A stretch of 64,000 nt of DNA from the NCBI GenBank assembly GCA_963677435.1, contig OY781945.1, positions 608,001 through 672,000 of the forward strand, given 5' to 3'. The stretch comes from an uncultured Aliarcobacter sp. (GTDB lineage: Bacteria; Campylobacterota; Campylobacteria; Campylobacterales; Arcobacteraceae). This document shows positions 45,910-55,921 of the stretch, in pieces. Within the stretch, counting starts at the first letter, position 1. The number at the start of each line of letters is the position of its first letter. The position numbers and the translations under genes were made by a program. The notes under the pieces were generated by a model. It worked only from the letters and a program-made list of their open reading frames with translations, did not search any database and was not told the origin of the DNA.

Positions 45910-48040
45910 AGCTTTAAGATATTCGATTCTCTCTTCTTTTAAATTAGCTATTCAAGAGTGGATAAGTGCTGAATTTGTAATAATTATTTATGTGATTAAA
46001 TTAACAATAGCTACACTACTTGCAATGAGTATTTCAATGTTTTTTAATTTATCAAGTCCCCAAACTTCAATATTTACTGTATTTATTGTTATGCAGATTC
46101 ATTCTGGTTTAGTTTTTTCAAAAAGTTTTTATAGGTTTTTAGGAACTTTAATTGGTTTTATCATTGCACTAATTTTGACTTCATCATTTTCACAAGATAG
46201 ATATTGGTTTATGGGATTTTTTACTTTATGGATTGCAATATGTGCAGCTGCAGGATTTAAATATAGAAATTTTATCTCTTATGGCTTTGTTTTATCTGGA
46301 TATACAGTTGCACTTATAGTTTTACCAAATATTGATAATCCACTTAATATATATGGTTTTGCAATAGAAAGAATAAGTGAAGTTGTAGTTGGGTTATTAT
46401 GTGCAAGTGTAGTTAGTGAAATTATATTTCCAAAACAATTATCAGATACATTACTAGAAAGTGAAAAGCAAAAATACAAAAATATATATTTTTCAGTTCT
46501 TGATATGGAAAATATTTTTTCTAAAGAAAAAAGTATAAATAATTTCTCAAAAAATATTTTAGGTTCAGATTCTTTACTTGTAAATGCTGTATTTGAAAGT
46601 AATGTTAAGAAAAAAGATAAAATATATTATAAAAGATTAAATAGTGAATTTATGCATTTATCTATAACTTTTCACTCATTAAAAAACATTATTAACACAA
46701 TTTTAAATCAGCAAAATATTGATAGTAAAATGGTACTTGCTTTAGAAGATATGTATAAACCAATAAAAGATTTCTTACAAAAAAATTCAGATGAGCTATT
46801 TTTAGGTAAAAAATCTGAGAATATAATAGAAGAGTTTAATTATGTGAAAAGTGAAATTAAATTGCAATATGAAAAAAACAAGAAGCAATTTATTGATTTA
46901 GAATTTGATATTTTAAATGATTTAAATTCTTCATCATATTTAATTCTGCGTTTTTTTGATGAATTTTATCAATATACAAAAACATATATTTCATTTATTG
47001 ATAATAAAAATAGTAATATGGATGATACGGCTTTTACTGAATCGTATAAGTTTTCAACATATACAGATACACCACTTGTAATATTGTCTTCTTTTCGTGC
47101 AGTTGTTGTTTTACTTGCAACTACAAGTTTTTGGTTTTTAACAGCTTGGCACTATGCACCTTTTGTGATAATTTCAGCTGTTGCTACAACTCTTTTATTT
47201 AGTTCTCATCCAAATCCAGTAAATGCAAGTAAAAGCTTTTTGAAGGGTGCTTTTATATCTTTTTTTGTTGCAGGAATTTACAATTTTTATTTAATTCCAA
47301 CATATGTAAGTGATATTCCTAGTTTTTGTTTTGTAATGGCTCCAATTTTTGCTTTTACTGCTTGGCTTGGAAGTTCTGCTCAAAGAGGCTTATTTTCTTT
47401 TGGATTCATATTTATTATTATTACTGTTTGTTCTATGAATTTACATTATAGTATGAATTATATTACTTTTTTTGAAAGTAGCATTTCTTCTTTAATTGGG
47501 ATTATTATCTCAGGAGCTGCTTATGAGTTAATAAATTCATGGTCAGATTCTTGGACAAAAAGACGAGTATCAAATCTTTTGTGTGAAAAGATTATGACAT
47601 TGACAAATAAAAAAGATAAAACAAGAAGAGTGATTTTAGAGAGTCAAGGTTTAGATTTAGTTCAACATTTTTCAACGCAAGGACGATTAACTACCCAATC
47701 AAATAATTTGATTTTTCAATGGTTATTATCAAATCTTGAAATAGGAAGAGCAATAATAGATATTAAAAATGAACTATCAGAAGTAAAAAAATATAATCAA
47801 TCAAAAAAAGTTTATGATATTTTAGATTTAATAAAAGAGTATTTTAGACAAAAAGATGAAAAAAATAAAGAGATGATTTTTCAAAATTATAAAGAAGCTT
47901 TTATTGGGTTTAGAGAAAGTGTAGTTCCTGAATTAGTAATTGAGCAAAAAGTTACAAAGAATATTATCGTGGAATTAACACTAATTTATACTTTAATATT
48001 AAACAAAATATCACTTCCCACAAAAGGAGAAATAAATTGA
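45896..48040 (+). CDS. FUSC family (AaeB/FusB-like) efflux membrane protein
   Basis: KSFYRFLGTLIG, SYGFVLSGYT; two TM blocks. Confidence 0.9.
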   Translation: MQEAKALRYSILSSFKLAIQEWISAEFVIIIYVIKLTIATLLAMSISMFFNLSSPQTSIFTVFIVMQIHSGLVFSKSFYRFLGTLIGFIIALILTSSFSQDRYWFMGFFTLWIAICAAAGFKYRNFISYGFVLSGYTVALIVLPNIDNPLNIYGFAIERISEVVVGLLCASVVSEIIFPKQLSDTLLESEKQKYKNIYFSVLDMENIFSKEKSINNFSKNILGSDSLLVNAVFESNVKKKDKIYYKRLNSEFMHLSITFHSLKNIINTILNQQNIDSKMVLALEDMYKPIKDFLQKNSDELFLGKKSENIIEEFNYVKSEIKLQYEKNKKQFIDLEFDILNDLNSSSYLILRFFDEFYQYTKTYISFIDNKNSNMDDTAFTESYKFSTYTDTPLVILSSFRAVVVLLATTSFWFLTAWHYAPFVIISAVATTLLFSSHPNPVNASKSFLKGAFISFFVAGIYNFYLIPTYVSDIPSFCFVMAPIFAFTAWLGSSAQRGLFSFGFIFIIITVCSMNLHYSMNYITFFESSISSLIGIIISGAAYELINSWSDSWTKRRVSNLLCEKIMTLTNKKDKTRRVILESQGLDLVQHFSTQGRLTTQSNNLIFQWLLSNLEIGRAIIDIKNELSEVKKYNQSKKVYDILDLIKEYFRQKDEKNKEMIFQNYKEAFIGFRESVVPELVIEQKVTKNIIVELTLIYTLILNKISLPTKGEIN

Positions 48041-48237
48041 ATTTAGTAATAACTTTATTTGGTAATGAAATACCAACACTTGTAGTTATTTTTGTAGTTG
48101 TTGGAATTGTACAAATTTTATTAAATAGAATATTAGCCGACTTAGGAGTTTACAATTATGTTTGGCATCCAGGGCTTTTTAGAACAGCACTTTTTGTATC
48201 ACTTTTTACAGCAACTTCACTTTTGATTTATAAATAA
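48037..48237 (+). CDS. DUF1656 (AaeX-like) small membrane protein
   Basis: VWHPGLF motif. Confidence 0.88.
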   Translation: MNLVITLFGNEIPTLVVIFVVVGIVQILLNRILADLGVYNYVWHPGLFRTALFVSLFTATSLLIYK

Positions 48238-48249
48238 GGAAATAAATAT

Positions 48250-49128
48250 ATGAATAAAAACAGTAAATTAATAAAGTTTCTAAAATTTTCAATTACATTT
48301 TTTGTATTAGTACTTGCAATATTCTTAGGCTTGAAATTATGGCATAACTATATGAATACTCCATGGACAAGAGATGGAAGAATAAGAGCAGATACTATTA
48401 TTGTAGCACCTGATGTAAATGGTTTAGTTGATAAGGTTTATGTAAAAGATAATCAATTTATAAAAAAAGGTGACCTTTTATTTCAAATTGATAAAGAGAG
48501 ATTTATAGAAGACATATCAAGATTAGAATCTTTATGTAAAGTGCAAAAACTTGAATATGAGATGATAAAAAAACAGTTTGATAGAAGATTTTCGGTGAAT
48601 AACGATGTAGTTTCAAAAGAAGAACATGAAACAGTAAAATATAAACTAGAAATTGCAAAAGCAAATTATGATAAAAATTTATCTGAATTAAATATTGCAA
48701 AATTAAATTTAGAGCGTTCAAGTGTAAAAGCTAGTGAAGATGGTTGGGTTACGAATTTAGTTTTAAAAAATGGAGATTATATAAATAAAGGTGAAAATAG
48801 TTTAGCTCTAATTATAAATAATTCATTTTGGGTTTATGGATATTTTGAAGAACATAAAATTCCTCTTATAAAAGAGGGCGATATTGTAGATATTCAGCCT
48901 CTTGGTACAGATTTTATTATAAAAGGTCATGTGGAAAGTATTGCAAATGGAATAACTGATAGGGATAATGACTTTGGAAAAAGACTTTTAGCAAATGTAA
49001 ATCCATCTTTTACTTGGGTGAGATTAGCTCAGAGAATTCCAGTAAGAATTCATATCGATGAAGTTCCAGCAGGTTTTATATTAAGAGCTGGAGTTACTTG
49101 TACTATTAAAATAGTACAAAATAAATAG
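48250..49128 (+). CDS. HlyD-family membrane fusion protein (AaeA-like)
   Basis: PWTRDGRIRA, FTWVRLAQRIPVRI. Confidence 0.92.
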   Translation: MNKNSKLIKFLKFSITFFVLVLAIFLGLKLWHNYMNTPWTRDGRIRADTIIVAPDVNGLVDKVYVKDNQFIKKGDLLFQIDKERFIEDISRLESLCKVQKLEYEMIKKQFDRRFSVNNDVVSKEEHETVKYKLEIAKANYDKNLSELNIAKLNLERSSVKASEDGWVTNLVLKNGDYINKGENSLALIINNSFWVYGYFEEHKIPLIKEGDIVDIQPLGTDFIIKGHVESIANGITDRDNDFGKRLLANVNPSFTWVRLAQRIPVRIHIDEVPAGFILRAGVTCTIKIVQNK

Positions 49129-49148
49129 TGATGGATTCACTATTTATT
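49120..49148. terminator. Bidirectional terminator between efflux operon and prfB
   Basis: Perfect 12-bp IR aataaatagtga-tggat-tcactatttatt. Confidence 0.65.
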
Positions 49149-50238
49149 TAGCAGTTGCGATTAAAACATCTTCAATAATTTTTGTAATATCTCCATCTAA
49201 AATAGCTTCAACATTTGAATATCCAATATTACTTCTACTATCTTTTACTTGTTGATATGGTTGAAGTACATAAGATCTAATTTGATGTCCCCATCCATTA
49301 TCACTTTTTTCAACACCATCTTTTGTAGCTTGCTGTTTTTCAAGTTCCAGCTCATAAAGTCTTGATTTTAACATTTTTAAGGCACTTGCTTTATTTTTAT
49401 GTTGAGATCTGTCATTTTGACATTGAACTACTATATTTGTAGCAATGTGGGTGATTCTAATAGCACTTTCAGTTTTATTAACATGTTGACCACCAGCTCC
49501 ACTTGCTCTATATGTATCAATTCTAATATCTTTATCTTCAATAACAATATCAATATTATCATCAACTTCAGGAGATACCATTACAGATGAAAATGATGTA
49601 TGTCTTTTTGCATTTGAATCAAATGGAGATATTCTTACAAGTCTATGAATACCATTTTCAGCTTTCATATAACCGTAAGCATTTTCGCCTTTTATTATAA
49701 ATGAAACATCTTTAATTCCAGCTTCATCACCATTTTGATAGTCAAGTAACTCAATTTTAAAATCATTTCTTTCAGCCCATCTAAGATACATTCTATATAG
49801 AATAGATGCCCAGTCTTGTGATTCCGTTCCACCGGCTCCTGGATGAATTGAAACTATTGCATTTGAAGCATCATCAGGATTAGATAGCATTACAGAAATT
49901 TCAGTTGATTTGATTAATTTTTCAAGTTCTGGTGCTTCATCAAAAAGCATTTCCAAAGTCTCTTCATCTTTTTCATCATTAGCCATTTCATAAAGCTCAT
50001 TTGTCCCTTTTAAAGAATCATTTGCTTTATTATATTTGCTTAATTTTCCTAAAATTCGATTTTTTTCAATACCAATTTTTGTAGCATTTTCTATATTATT
50101 CCAAAAATCTTGTGCTGATTCTTCTTCTTTAATTTCATCTAATCTTTTGTTTAACTCATCAGGTTTTAAAATACCTTTGATATTTTTAAGTTTAGTGTTT
50201 AGAAGTTTTAATAGTTCTGAATATTCGTATGCATCCAT
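49144..50238 (-). CDS. prfB: Peptide chain release factor 2 (continuous ORF)
   Basis: SPF and GGQ motifs, [13 protein letters not shown]. Confidence 0.97.
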   Translation of the reverse strand: MDAYEYSELLKLLNTKLKNIKGILKPDELNKRLDEIKEEESAQDFWNNIENATKIGIEKNRILGKLSKYNKANDSLKGTNELYEMANDEKDEETLEMLFDEAPELEKLIKSTEISVMLSNPDDASNAIVSIHPGAGGTESQDWASILYRMYLRWAERNDFKIELLDYQNGDEAGIKDVSFIIKGENAYGYMKAENGIHRLVRISPFDSNAKRHTSFSSVMVSPEVDDNIDIVIEDKDIRIDTYRASGAGGQHVNKTESAIRITHIATNIVVQCQNDRSQHKNKASALKMLKSRLYELELEKQQATKDGVEKSDNGWGHQIRSYVLQPYQQVKDSRSNIGYSNVEAILDGDITKIIEDVLIATAK

Positions 50239-50316
50239 TTAGTGTAATCCTTTAAAAAAAGGCATTATACTTAAAATATGTATAAAAGTTGGTTAGGAAG
50301 ATTTTATCTTAGATAT

Positions 50317-50348
50317 AAAAAAAGCTCAAAGTAAACTTTGAGCTTTTT
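50317..50348 (-). terminator. Rho-independent terminator of porin paralog
   Basis: aaaaaaagctcaaagt-aa-actttgagcttttt. Confidence 0.88.
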
Positions 50349-50374
50349 AATTTTTTATAAAATAAACTTTCAGA

Positions 50375-51541
50375 TTAGAAAGAATATTCTACGTGTAATC
50401 TTCCCATAGTTGATTTTAAATCATCATTAGCACCATAGTAGTTGTTTTTTTCTAATTGTCCAAATCTTGCATAAGTTGATAAGTTACTACTCATTTTGTA
50501 TTTTGTTTGAACATAAATTTCATTTTGATCTAAATCATTTGAATTCGCTCCAACATCAATACCACTATATTTTAATGCAACATTTACTTTTTCAGTAACT
50601 TGTGCATCAACAGAAGCATAAATTGCAGATGCATCACTTATACCTGATAATGTAACTCTCCAGTGGTCATCCATTCCAGAATCAGAACTTGCATCAAGAC
50701 CAACTGTTCCACCTTCTTTATTAGTTTCACCATAAGCTAAATAAGCTCCAAAGATTCCTAAGTTAGCTTGAATACCTGTTTTCCATAAAGTGTTTTTATC
50801 ACTAGTTGAATCTAAGTCTAAAGAAGAGTATCTAGCATAAGGACTTAATTTTAAATCAGAAACATCATAATTCCCTGCTAATCCTACAGTATATACATCA
50901 AATTTATCTTGTAAATCAGCATATGAAACATCTAAAGTTGCTCCAGCATATGCTAAAGTTCCAGTTACATAATAAAAACCTTCTGATCCATTAAGCGTAC
51001 CTAAGCCACCATCATTATTATTGAAGTTAGTTTGATTAAAGAATCCACCAGTTAAAGAAAGCATATCTCCATAATGAGTAGCTGCTACGATACCTGTACC
51101 AGTTGATTCATTTCCAATTGAATCTCTAGAAACAGTAAATGGAGTTGCAACTGCTTGTTTACCAACAGTTATAATAGTATTTTGAACACCAGTATAAGAG
51201 AAGTTAACTTCTGATAAGAATGTATCTACATTTGAATCAGCATCAGACTGAGTATTTAATGAAACTTCACCCGCATTAGCTTTATTCCCAGCAATAAATC
51301 TTGAGTTAAATTTAACATCGTCATTTACTTTTGTACCTAAATTTATAGCAGCTTTATAAAGATTTGAAGTTGATGAGTCACCTTTTTGTGAACTATTATT
51401 TTCTTCATAGTCATTATATCTATATGCCACAGTACCTGATACTTCTACATTTTTAATTGCTTCTTCTAATGGTTGAGCGTTTGCACATGAAATACTACCA
51501 ATTACTATCGCAGTAGCTAAACTTAATTTTGTTATTTTCAT
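50375..51541 (-). CDS. Major outer membrane porin paralog (Campylobacter MOMP family)
   Basis: Signal peptide, QPLEEAIKNVEVSG..YRY, C-terminal YSF. Confidence 0.9.
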   Translation of the reverse strand: MKITKLSLATAIVIGSISCANAQPLEEAIKNVEVSGTVAYRYNDYEENNSSQKGDSSTSNLYKAAINLGTKVNDDVKFNSRFIAGNKANAGEVSLNTQSDADSNVDTFLSEVNFSYTGVQNTIITVGKQAVATPFTVSRDSIGNESTGTGIVAATHYGDMLSLTGGFFNQTNFNNNDGGLGTLNGSEGFYYVTGTLAYAGATLDVSYADLQDKFDVYTVGLAGNYDVSDLKLSPYARYSSLDLDSTSDKNTLWKTGIQANLGIFGAYLAYGETNKEGGTVGLDASSDSGMDDHWRVTLSGISDASAIYASVDAQVTEKVNVALKYSGIDVGANSNDLDQNEIYVQTKYKMSSNLSTYARFGQLEKNNYYGANDDLKSTMGRLHVEYSF

Positions 51542-51634
51542 TTTCTGAATCCTTTTTATTTTATGTTTTATAAAATTATCGGAAAATTACTTATAACTTA
51601 CTTATAAATTCTTGATTAGTTGTATAGTTAATAA

Positions 51635-51664
51635 TTAATTCTGAAGTTTATACCTCAGAATTAA
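51635..51664 (-). terminator. Hairpin after cytochrome c gene
   Basis: ttaattctga...tcagaattaa. Confidence 0.5.
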
Positions 51665-51683
51665 AAAATATTAGCAGAATTGT

Positions 51684-52310
51684 TTATTTTGTATTCATTG
51701 TGTTTAAATAATTATGAATACCTTTTATTTCATTAGTATCTAAAAAATTTGCATAAGGAGTCATGATATTCCCATTAATAGTATTAACATTTCCAACTTT
51801 ATAATTTTTGATTGATTGAGTCATTTCTTCAACTGATAAATCTTTTAAAGGTCTAGAAGTATTATAAGCTCTTTTTTCACCATTTGCTCCATGGCAACTT
51901 TGACATTTAGTTGTATAAAGCTCTTGTGCAAGAATTGTTGCATCTTTTAATTCTTTTTCAATTTTTGCTTTTTCTTCAGCTTCTTTTTTCTTTTCAAGTT
52001 TTGCTAGAATATTAGCCTCCATTTGAGCTTGTGTTCCAGTAAAATTTGAAGAAACCTGGGTAGTTGCAGTTTTAAGAATATAGATAAAATTCATACCATT
52101 TGGTGATTGTGAAATTTTGATGTCATCTACATTCCAGCCTTTTGCTTTCATGTCATTTACAGTAAATTTACCATTGCAAAGACCACCATCAAGTGCAGTG
52201 TTCTCAATTGTACTCATAGATTGGTGATTTTCTTTAAAACACATTGTAGTATCAGCAAAAAGTGAAGATGAACCCAATAGTATTATTGTTGAAAGAATTG
52301 CTTTTTTCAA
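51684..52310 (-). CDS. Exported monohaem c-type cytochrome with extra N-terminal domain
   Basis: Signal peptide, CQSCH, distal Met (IMTPYA); two additional N-terminal Cys. Confidence 0.85.
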   Translation of the reverse strand: MKKAILSTIILLGSSSLFADTTMCFKENHQSMSTIENTALDGGLCNGKFTVNDMKAKGWNVDDIKISQSPNGMNFIYILKTATTQVSSNFTGTQAQMEANILAKLEKKKEAEEKAKIEKELKDATILAQELYTTKCQSCHGANGEKRAYNTSRPLKDLSVEEMTQSIKNYKVGNVNTINGNIMTPYANFLDTNEIKGIHNYLNTMNTK

Positions 52311-52398
52311 GATTAAATCCTTTTTTTAATTTTGTAGATTTTAGCATAATAAGATTAAATATTTAGAATAAGATTAAAAATGATTACAATTTAGAAAT

Positions 52399-52430
52399 AA
52401 AAAAAGGCTAGAGATAAAATCTCTAGCCTT
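52399..52430 (-). terminator. Rho-independent terminator of porA
   Basis: aaggctagagat-aaa-atctctagcctt with U-tract on the minus strand. Confidence 0.9.
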
Positions 52431-52459
52431 GAAAATAGAAGTTTTATATTCTAAAAATA

Positions 52460-53635
52460 TTAGAATGTATATTCAACTTGTAATCTTCCTCTTGTGTCAT
52501 CTTGAGATTTTGTATCAGTTGTTGTATTCTCTTTAGTATATGTTCCATATCTTACATAAGTAGATAAGTTTTTACTCATTTTATAAACTAATTGAGCATA
52601 TAATTCTTCTTCTTCCATATCAGCAGCACCACTTACATATTGTAAGTTATTATAGTTAGCAGATAAGTTTAAGTTAGATAAAACATTTACACCTAAAGTA
52701 GTTTGCCAGTAATCAGCATCGGCTTTACCATTAATTGTTGTATTCCAACCAATTACAGTAGTAGTTGCATCATTATCTAATGCAGTTAAACCACCTTCTT
52801 TGTCAGTTGCAGCATAAAGAACTTTTGCATTGAAGATATCAACATTTGCAGTTAAAGCAATTTTTGCAAGAGTATTGTCAGAATCACTACTATCAAGATC
52901 TAATGAAGCCCATCTAGCATCAACACCTAATTTAACTTCACCTAAATCTAGGTTAGATTTCGCACCAACTGTATAAGTATCAAATAAATCATTCATATCT
53001 AAATACCATGCATCAATTGTTACAGGACCAGCAGCAACAATAGCACCAACAGTAATAATATCTTCAGTACCTGCGTTACCTGTAGGAGCTAATGTGTTTA
53101 AAGTTGCTTTTGCATCACCAGATTTATCTAAGTTAGTTTGATTGAAATACGCACCAGCTAAAGTAACAGGTCCAACAGTTGAAAGAGCTAAGATACCAGT
53201 ACCAGTTTGCTCATTACCATCAGAATCAATTGCTACAGTCCATGGAGTTGTTAAACCTTGTTTACCAACATTAACAGTAGTATTTTGAATTCCTGTGTAT
53301 CCAAAATAAACATTTGATAATGAAACATTAACATTTTGATCATTATTAGCTGAAGTATCTAATGTTGCAAATCCTGCATCATCTCCACCAACAATAAATC
53401 TTGTGTTTAATTTAACATCTTCATTTACTTTTGATGATAAATTTAGACCAATTTTGTAGTTATTGTTCGTTGCAGATGTATTACTTACATCATTTTGGTA
53501 GTCATTATATCTATAAACAACAGATCCTGATACATCTACATTTTTGATTGCTTCTTCTAATGGTTGAGCATTAGCAGTAGTTAACCCAGCAACTGCAACA
53601 GCTGCTACTAAACTTAATTTTGCGATTTTTTTCAT
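52460..53635 (-). CDS. porA: Major outer membrane protein (porin)
   Basis: MKKIAKLSLVAA signal, QPLEEAIKNVDVSG, C-terminal YTF, strong AGGAG RBS. Confidence 0.88.
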   Translation of the reverse strand: MKKIAKLSLVAAVAVAGLTTANAQPLEEAIKNVDVSGSVVYRYNDYQNDVSNTSATNNNYKIGLNLSSKVNEDVKLNTRFIVGGDDAGFATLDTSANNDQNVNVSLSNVYFGYTGIQNTTVNVGKQGLTTPWTVAIDSDGNEQTGTGILALSTVGPVTLAGAYFNQTNLDKSGDAKATLNTLAPTGNAGTEDIITVGAIVAAGPVTIDAWYLDMNDLFDTYTVGAKSNLDLGEVKLGVDARWASLDLDSSDSDNTLAKIALTANVDIFNAKVLYAATDKEGGLTALDNDATTTVIGWNTTINGKADADYWQTTLGVNVLSNLNLSANYNNLQYVSGAADMEEEELYAQLVYKMSKNLSTYVRYGTYTKENTTTDTKSQDDTRGRLQVEYTF

Positions 53636-53742
53636 TTGTTCTCCTAAAATTTCGAAATCTTGTTTTCAGTCTATCGGAGCGCGCGAACTCATCTAAGACT
53701 ATTGCCCTAAACCTTTTCCGACATACCGTTGTGGCCATTCTA
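53636..53742 (-). promoter_or_regulatory. porA promoter (-10 TAGAAT at 53742-53737) and structured GC-rich 5' leader
   Basis: 36/70 GC over 53667-53736; 11/12-bp closing stem 53717-53728 with 53667-53678. Confidence 0.55.
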
Positions 53743-53878
53743 CAGCACTAAATTTTAAAGTTTTCTTAAAATGGTGTTTTGAGTGTTAATTAAGCGTTAA
53801 TTTAAGTTAGTTTTTAATTAACACATAGTTAATGCTTGATTAATGCTATTTTAGGAGCTTTTTTGTCTTATTTATTAT

Positions 53879-54190
53879 TTAGTTATTCAAGCTAACTATG
53901 CAATTTTTAAGTATATTTGGCTTTGAAATCTTGATTTTTAGTGTATCTATTTTGTAACTATTATATAGTAATGATTCAAGATGTAAAATTGCATCTTCTA
54001 AAAGTAAGAACTTTTCTTTTTTCATAGTTTCTTTTACAAGATTTGAAATATGAGAGTAGTCTATAAATAAATCTTTTGTATATTCATACTCAAAAGATAT
54101 ATTTATTATGACTTTTTGTTTTTTGATTCGTTCGAAATCTAATATTCCTATTATACATTTAAATGTTAAATCAGTAATTTCAATTTTCAT
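53879..54190 (-). CDS. folB: Dihydroneopterin aldolase
   Basis: IIGILDFER, IDYS, LLEDA, KISKP. Confidence 0.88.
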   Translation of the reverse strand: MKIEITDLTFKCIIGILDFERIKKQKVIINISFEYEYTKDLFIDYSHISNLVKETMKKEKFLLLEDAILHLESLLYNSYKIDTLKIKISKPNILKNCIVSLNN

Positions 54191-54218
54191 ATATTTAGTT
54201 TAAAGAAAAGAGTTATAT

Positions 54219-54842
54219 TTATATAACTTTCTTCTCTTCACCTTTTATAATTCTTACAATATTTGGAATATGTTTATAGATAATTATAAATGCAATTAAA
54301 TACATAGGAACATTTGAACCTACATTTAATCCATTATTTAAAAAACTTGCACTTATTATTACAGCAATTAATCCTAAAAGAGATGATAAAGATGAAATTT
54401 TTAGAACTTTTGCACAAAGAATCCAAACAAGAGCACCAATTAATGTTGGTATTGGAATTAGCACTAAATAAACTCCAAGTCCAGTTGCAACACCTTTCCC
54501 ACCTTCTAATCCTAAATAAATAGAATAACAGTGACCTAAAACAGCTAAAATTGCAATTCCCCAAAGTGTTGAATCACTAACACCATAATATAAAGCTACA
54601 ACTAACACAAGTGCACCTTTTAGGGCATCAAGTAATACAGTTGCAATTCCTAATTTTTTTGCTAATTTAGGATTTGTCTCTTTTACAACTCTTAGAACAT
54701 TTGTAGCTCCAATTGATTTACTTCCAGCAGTTGTAATATCAACTCCTGCAAATGTTTTTGCTAAGATAGAACCAAAAGGAATAGAACCTATTAAATAAGC
54801 TGCAAGAAAAAATAAAATATTTGTATTTGTGATAAAATCCAT
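54219..54842 (-). CDS. plsY: Glycerol-3-phosphate acyltransferase
   Basis: YLIGSIPFG, GSKSIGATNVLR, GGKGVATG, HIPNI. Confidence 0.95.
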   Translation of the reverse strand: MDFITNTNILFFLAAYLIGSIPFGSILAKTFAGVDITTAGSKSIGATNVLRVVKETNPKLAKKLGIATVLLDALKGALVLVVALYYGVSDSTLWGIAILAVLGHCYSIYLGLEGGKGVATGLGVYLVLIPIPTLIGALVWILCAKVLKISSLSSLLGLIAVIISASFLNNGLNVGSNVPMYLIAFIIIYKHIPNIVRIIKGEEKKVI

Positions 54843-54931
54843 ATATTACCCTTGTATAAATTGTGTGATTAAATGAGATTATAACTAAAGTTTTGTTATA
54901 TTCACATTTAATAAAGATGTGAAGGTTTATT

Positions 54932-55921
54932 TTGAATTTAAAAGAAGAAATACTAAAATTAAAAGAAGAGTTAGATGTAACTCTTGTTGCACACTTTTAC
55001 CAAAGAGACGAGGTATTTGAATTAGCTGATATAACAGGTGATTCATTAGAACTTGCAAAAAAAGTAATGCTTACGGATTCACAGTTTGTGGTATTTTGTG
55101 GTGTTGGTTTTATGGGTGAGAGTGTAAAAGTTATGAGTCCAGAAAAAACAGTACTTATGCCAAAAATTGCATGTTGTGCAATGGCTAGAATGATTGATGA
55201 AGGATATTTTGAGCAAAATTTGAAAAAAATTAATGATGCTGGAATCCCTAATGAAAATATTTTACCAATTACCTATATAAATTCAAGTGCTGCTGTGAAA
55301 GCAAAAGTTGGGCAAATGGGTGGAATGGTTTGTACTTCATCAAATGCTTATAAAATCATTGAAAAAGGTTTAAAGTCTGGTAAAAAAATATTTTTTGTTC
55401 CAGATAGATGTTTAGGGCAAAATTTTGCAAAATCATTAAATCTGAAATCTGCAATTGTAGGTGATGGAAGTGATTTAAAAGAAGCAGATATTATCTGTTA
55501 TAATGGGTTTTGTTCAGTTCATCAACAATTTTCAGTAGAAGATATTGAATTTTATAGAAATAAATATCCAGATATTTTAATAGCAGTTCATCCTGAATGT
55601 GACCCAAGTGTTTGTGATAAGGCAGATTTTGTAGGTTCGACTTCTCAATTAATTACATATATAAAAGAGTTGCCAGTTGAGCAAAAAATTGCTGTTGGAA
55701 CGGAATTTAATATGGTAAATCGATTAAGACAAAAAAATACTTATATTTTAAGTTCTACAAAACCTGAATGTCCAACAATGAATGAGACAACACTTGAAGA
55801 TGTTTATAATACTTTGAAATCAATTAAAGATGATAATATATCAAAAGAGAATGAAATATTTGTATCAGCAGAAACTGCTAAATGGGCTAAAGTGGCTTTA
55901 GAAAGGATGTTTGAAGTATGA
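54932..55921 (+). CDS. nadA: Quinolinate synthase
   Basis: AHFYQ, GDSL, FCGVGFMGE, YINSSA, VHPEC, CPTM. Confidence 0.96.
   Translation: MNLKEEILKLKEELDVTLVAHFYQRDEVFELADITGDSLELAKKVMLTDSQFVVFCGVGFMGESVKVMSPEKTVLMPKIACCAMARMIDEGYFEQNLKKINDAGIPNENILPITYINSSAAVKAKVGQMGGMVCTSSNAYKIIEKGLKSGKKIFFVPDRCLGQNFAKSLNLKSAIVGDGSDLKEADIICYNGFCSVHQQFSVEDIEFYRNKYPDILIAVHPECDPSVCDKADFVGSTSQLITYIKELPVEQKIAVGTEFNMVNRLRQKNTYILSSTKPECPTMNETTLEDVYNTLKSIKDDNISKENEIFVSAETAKWAKVALERMFEV

Noticed and set aside
44001..49148. aaatagt...actattt palindromes at both ends of the efflux operon as mobile-element ends
   Set aside because: Short AT-rich words with different spacers, better explained as operator and terminator; no transposase or target duplication
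49144..50238. Programmed +1 frameshift in prfB
   Set aside because: The ORF is continuous with no internal CTT-TGA site; this is normal for this lineage
53571..53738. 55-codon minus-strand ORF through the porA leader
   Set aside because: Its ATG overlaps the predicted -10 box, it has no RBS and it overlaps porA out of frame
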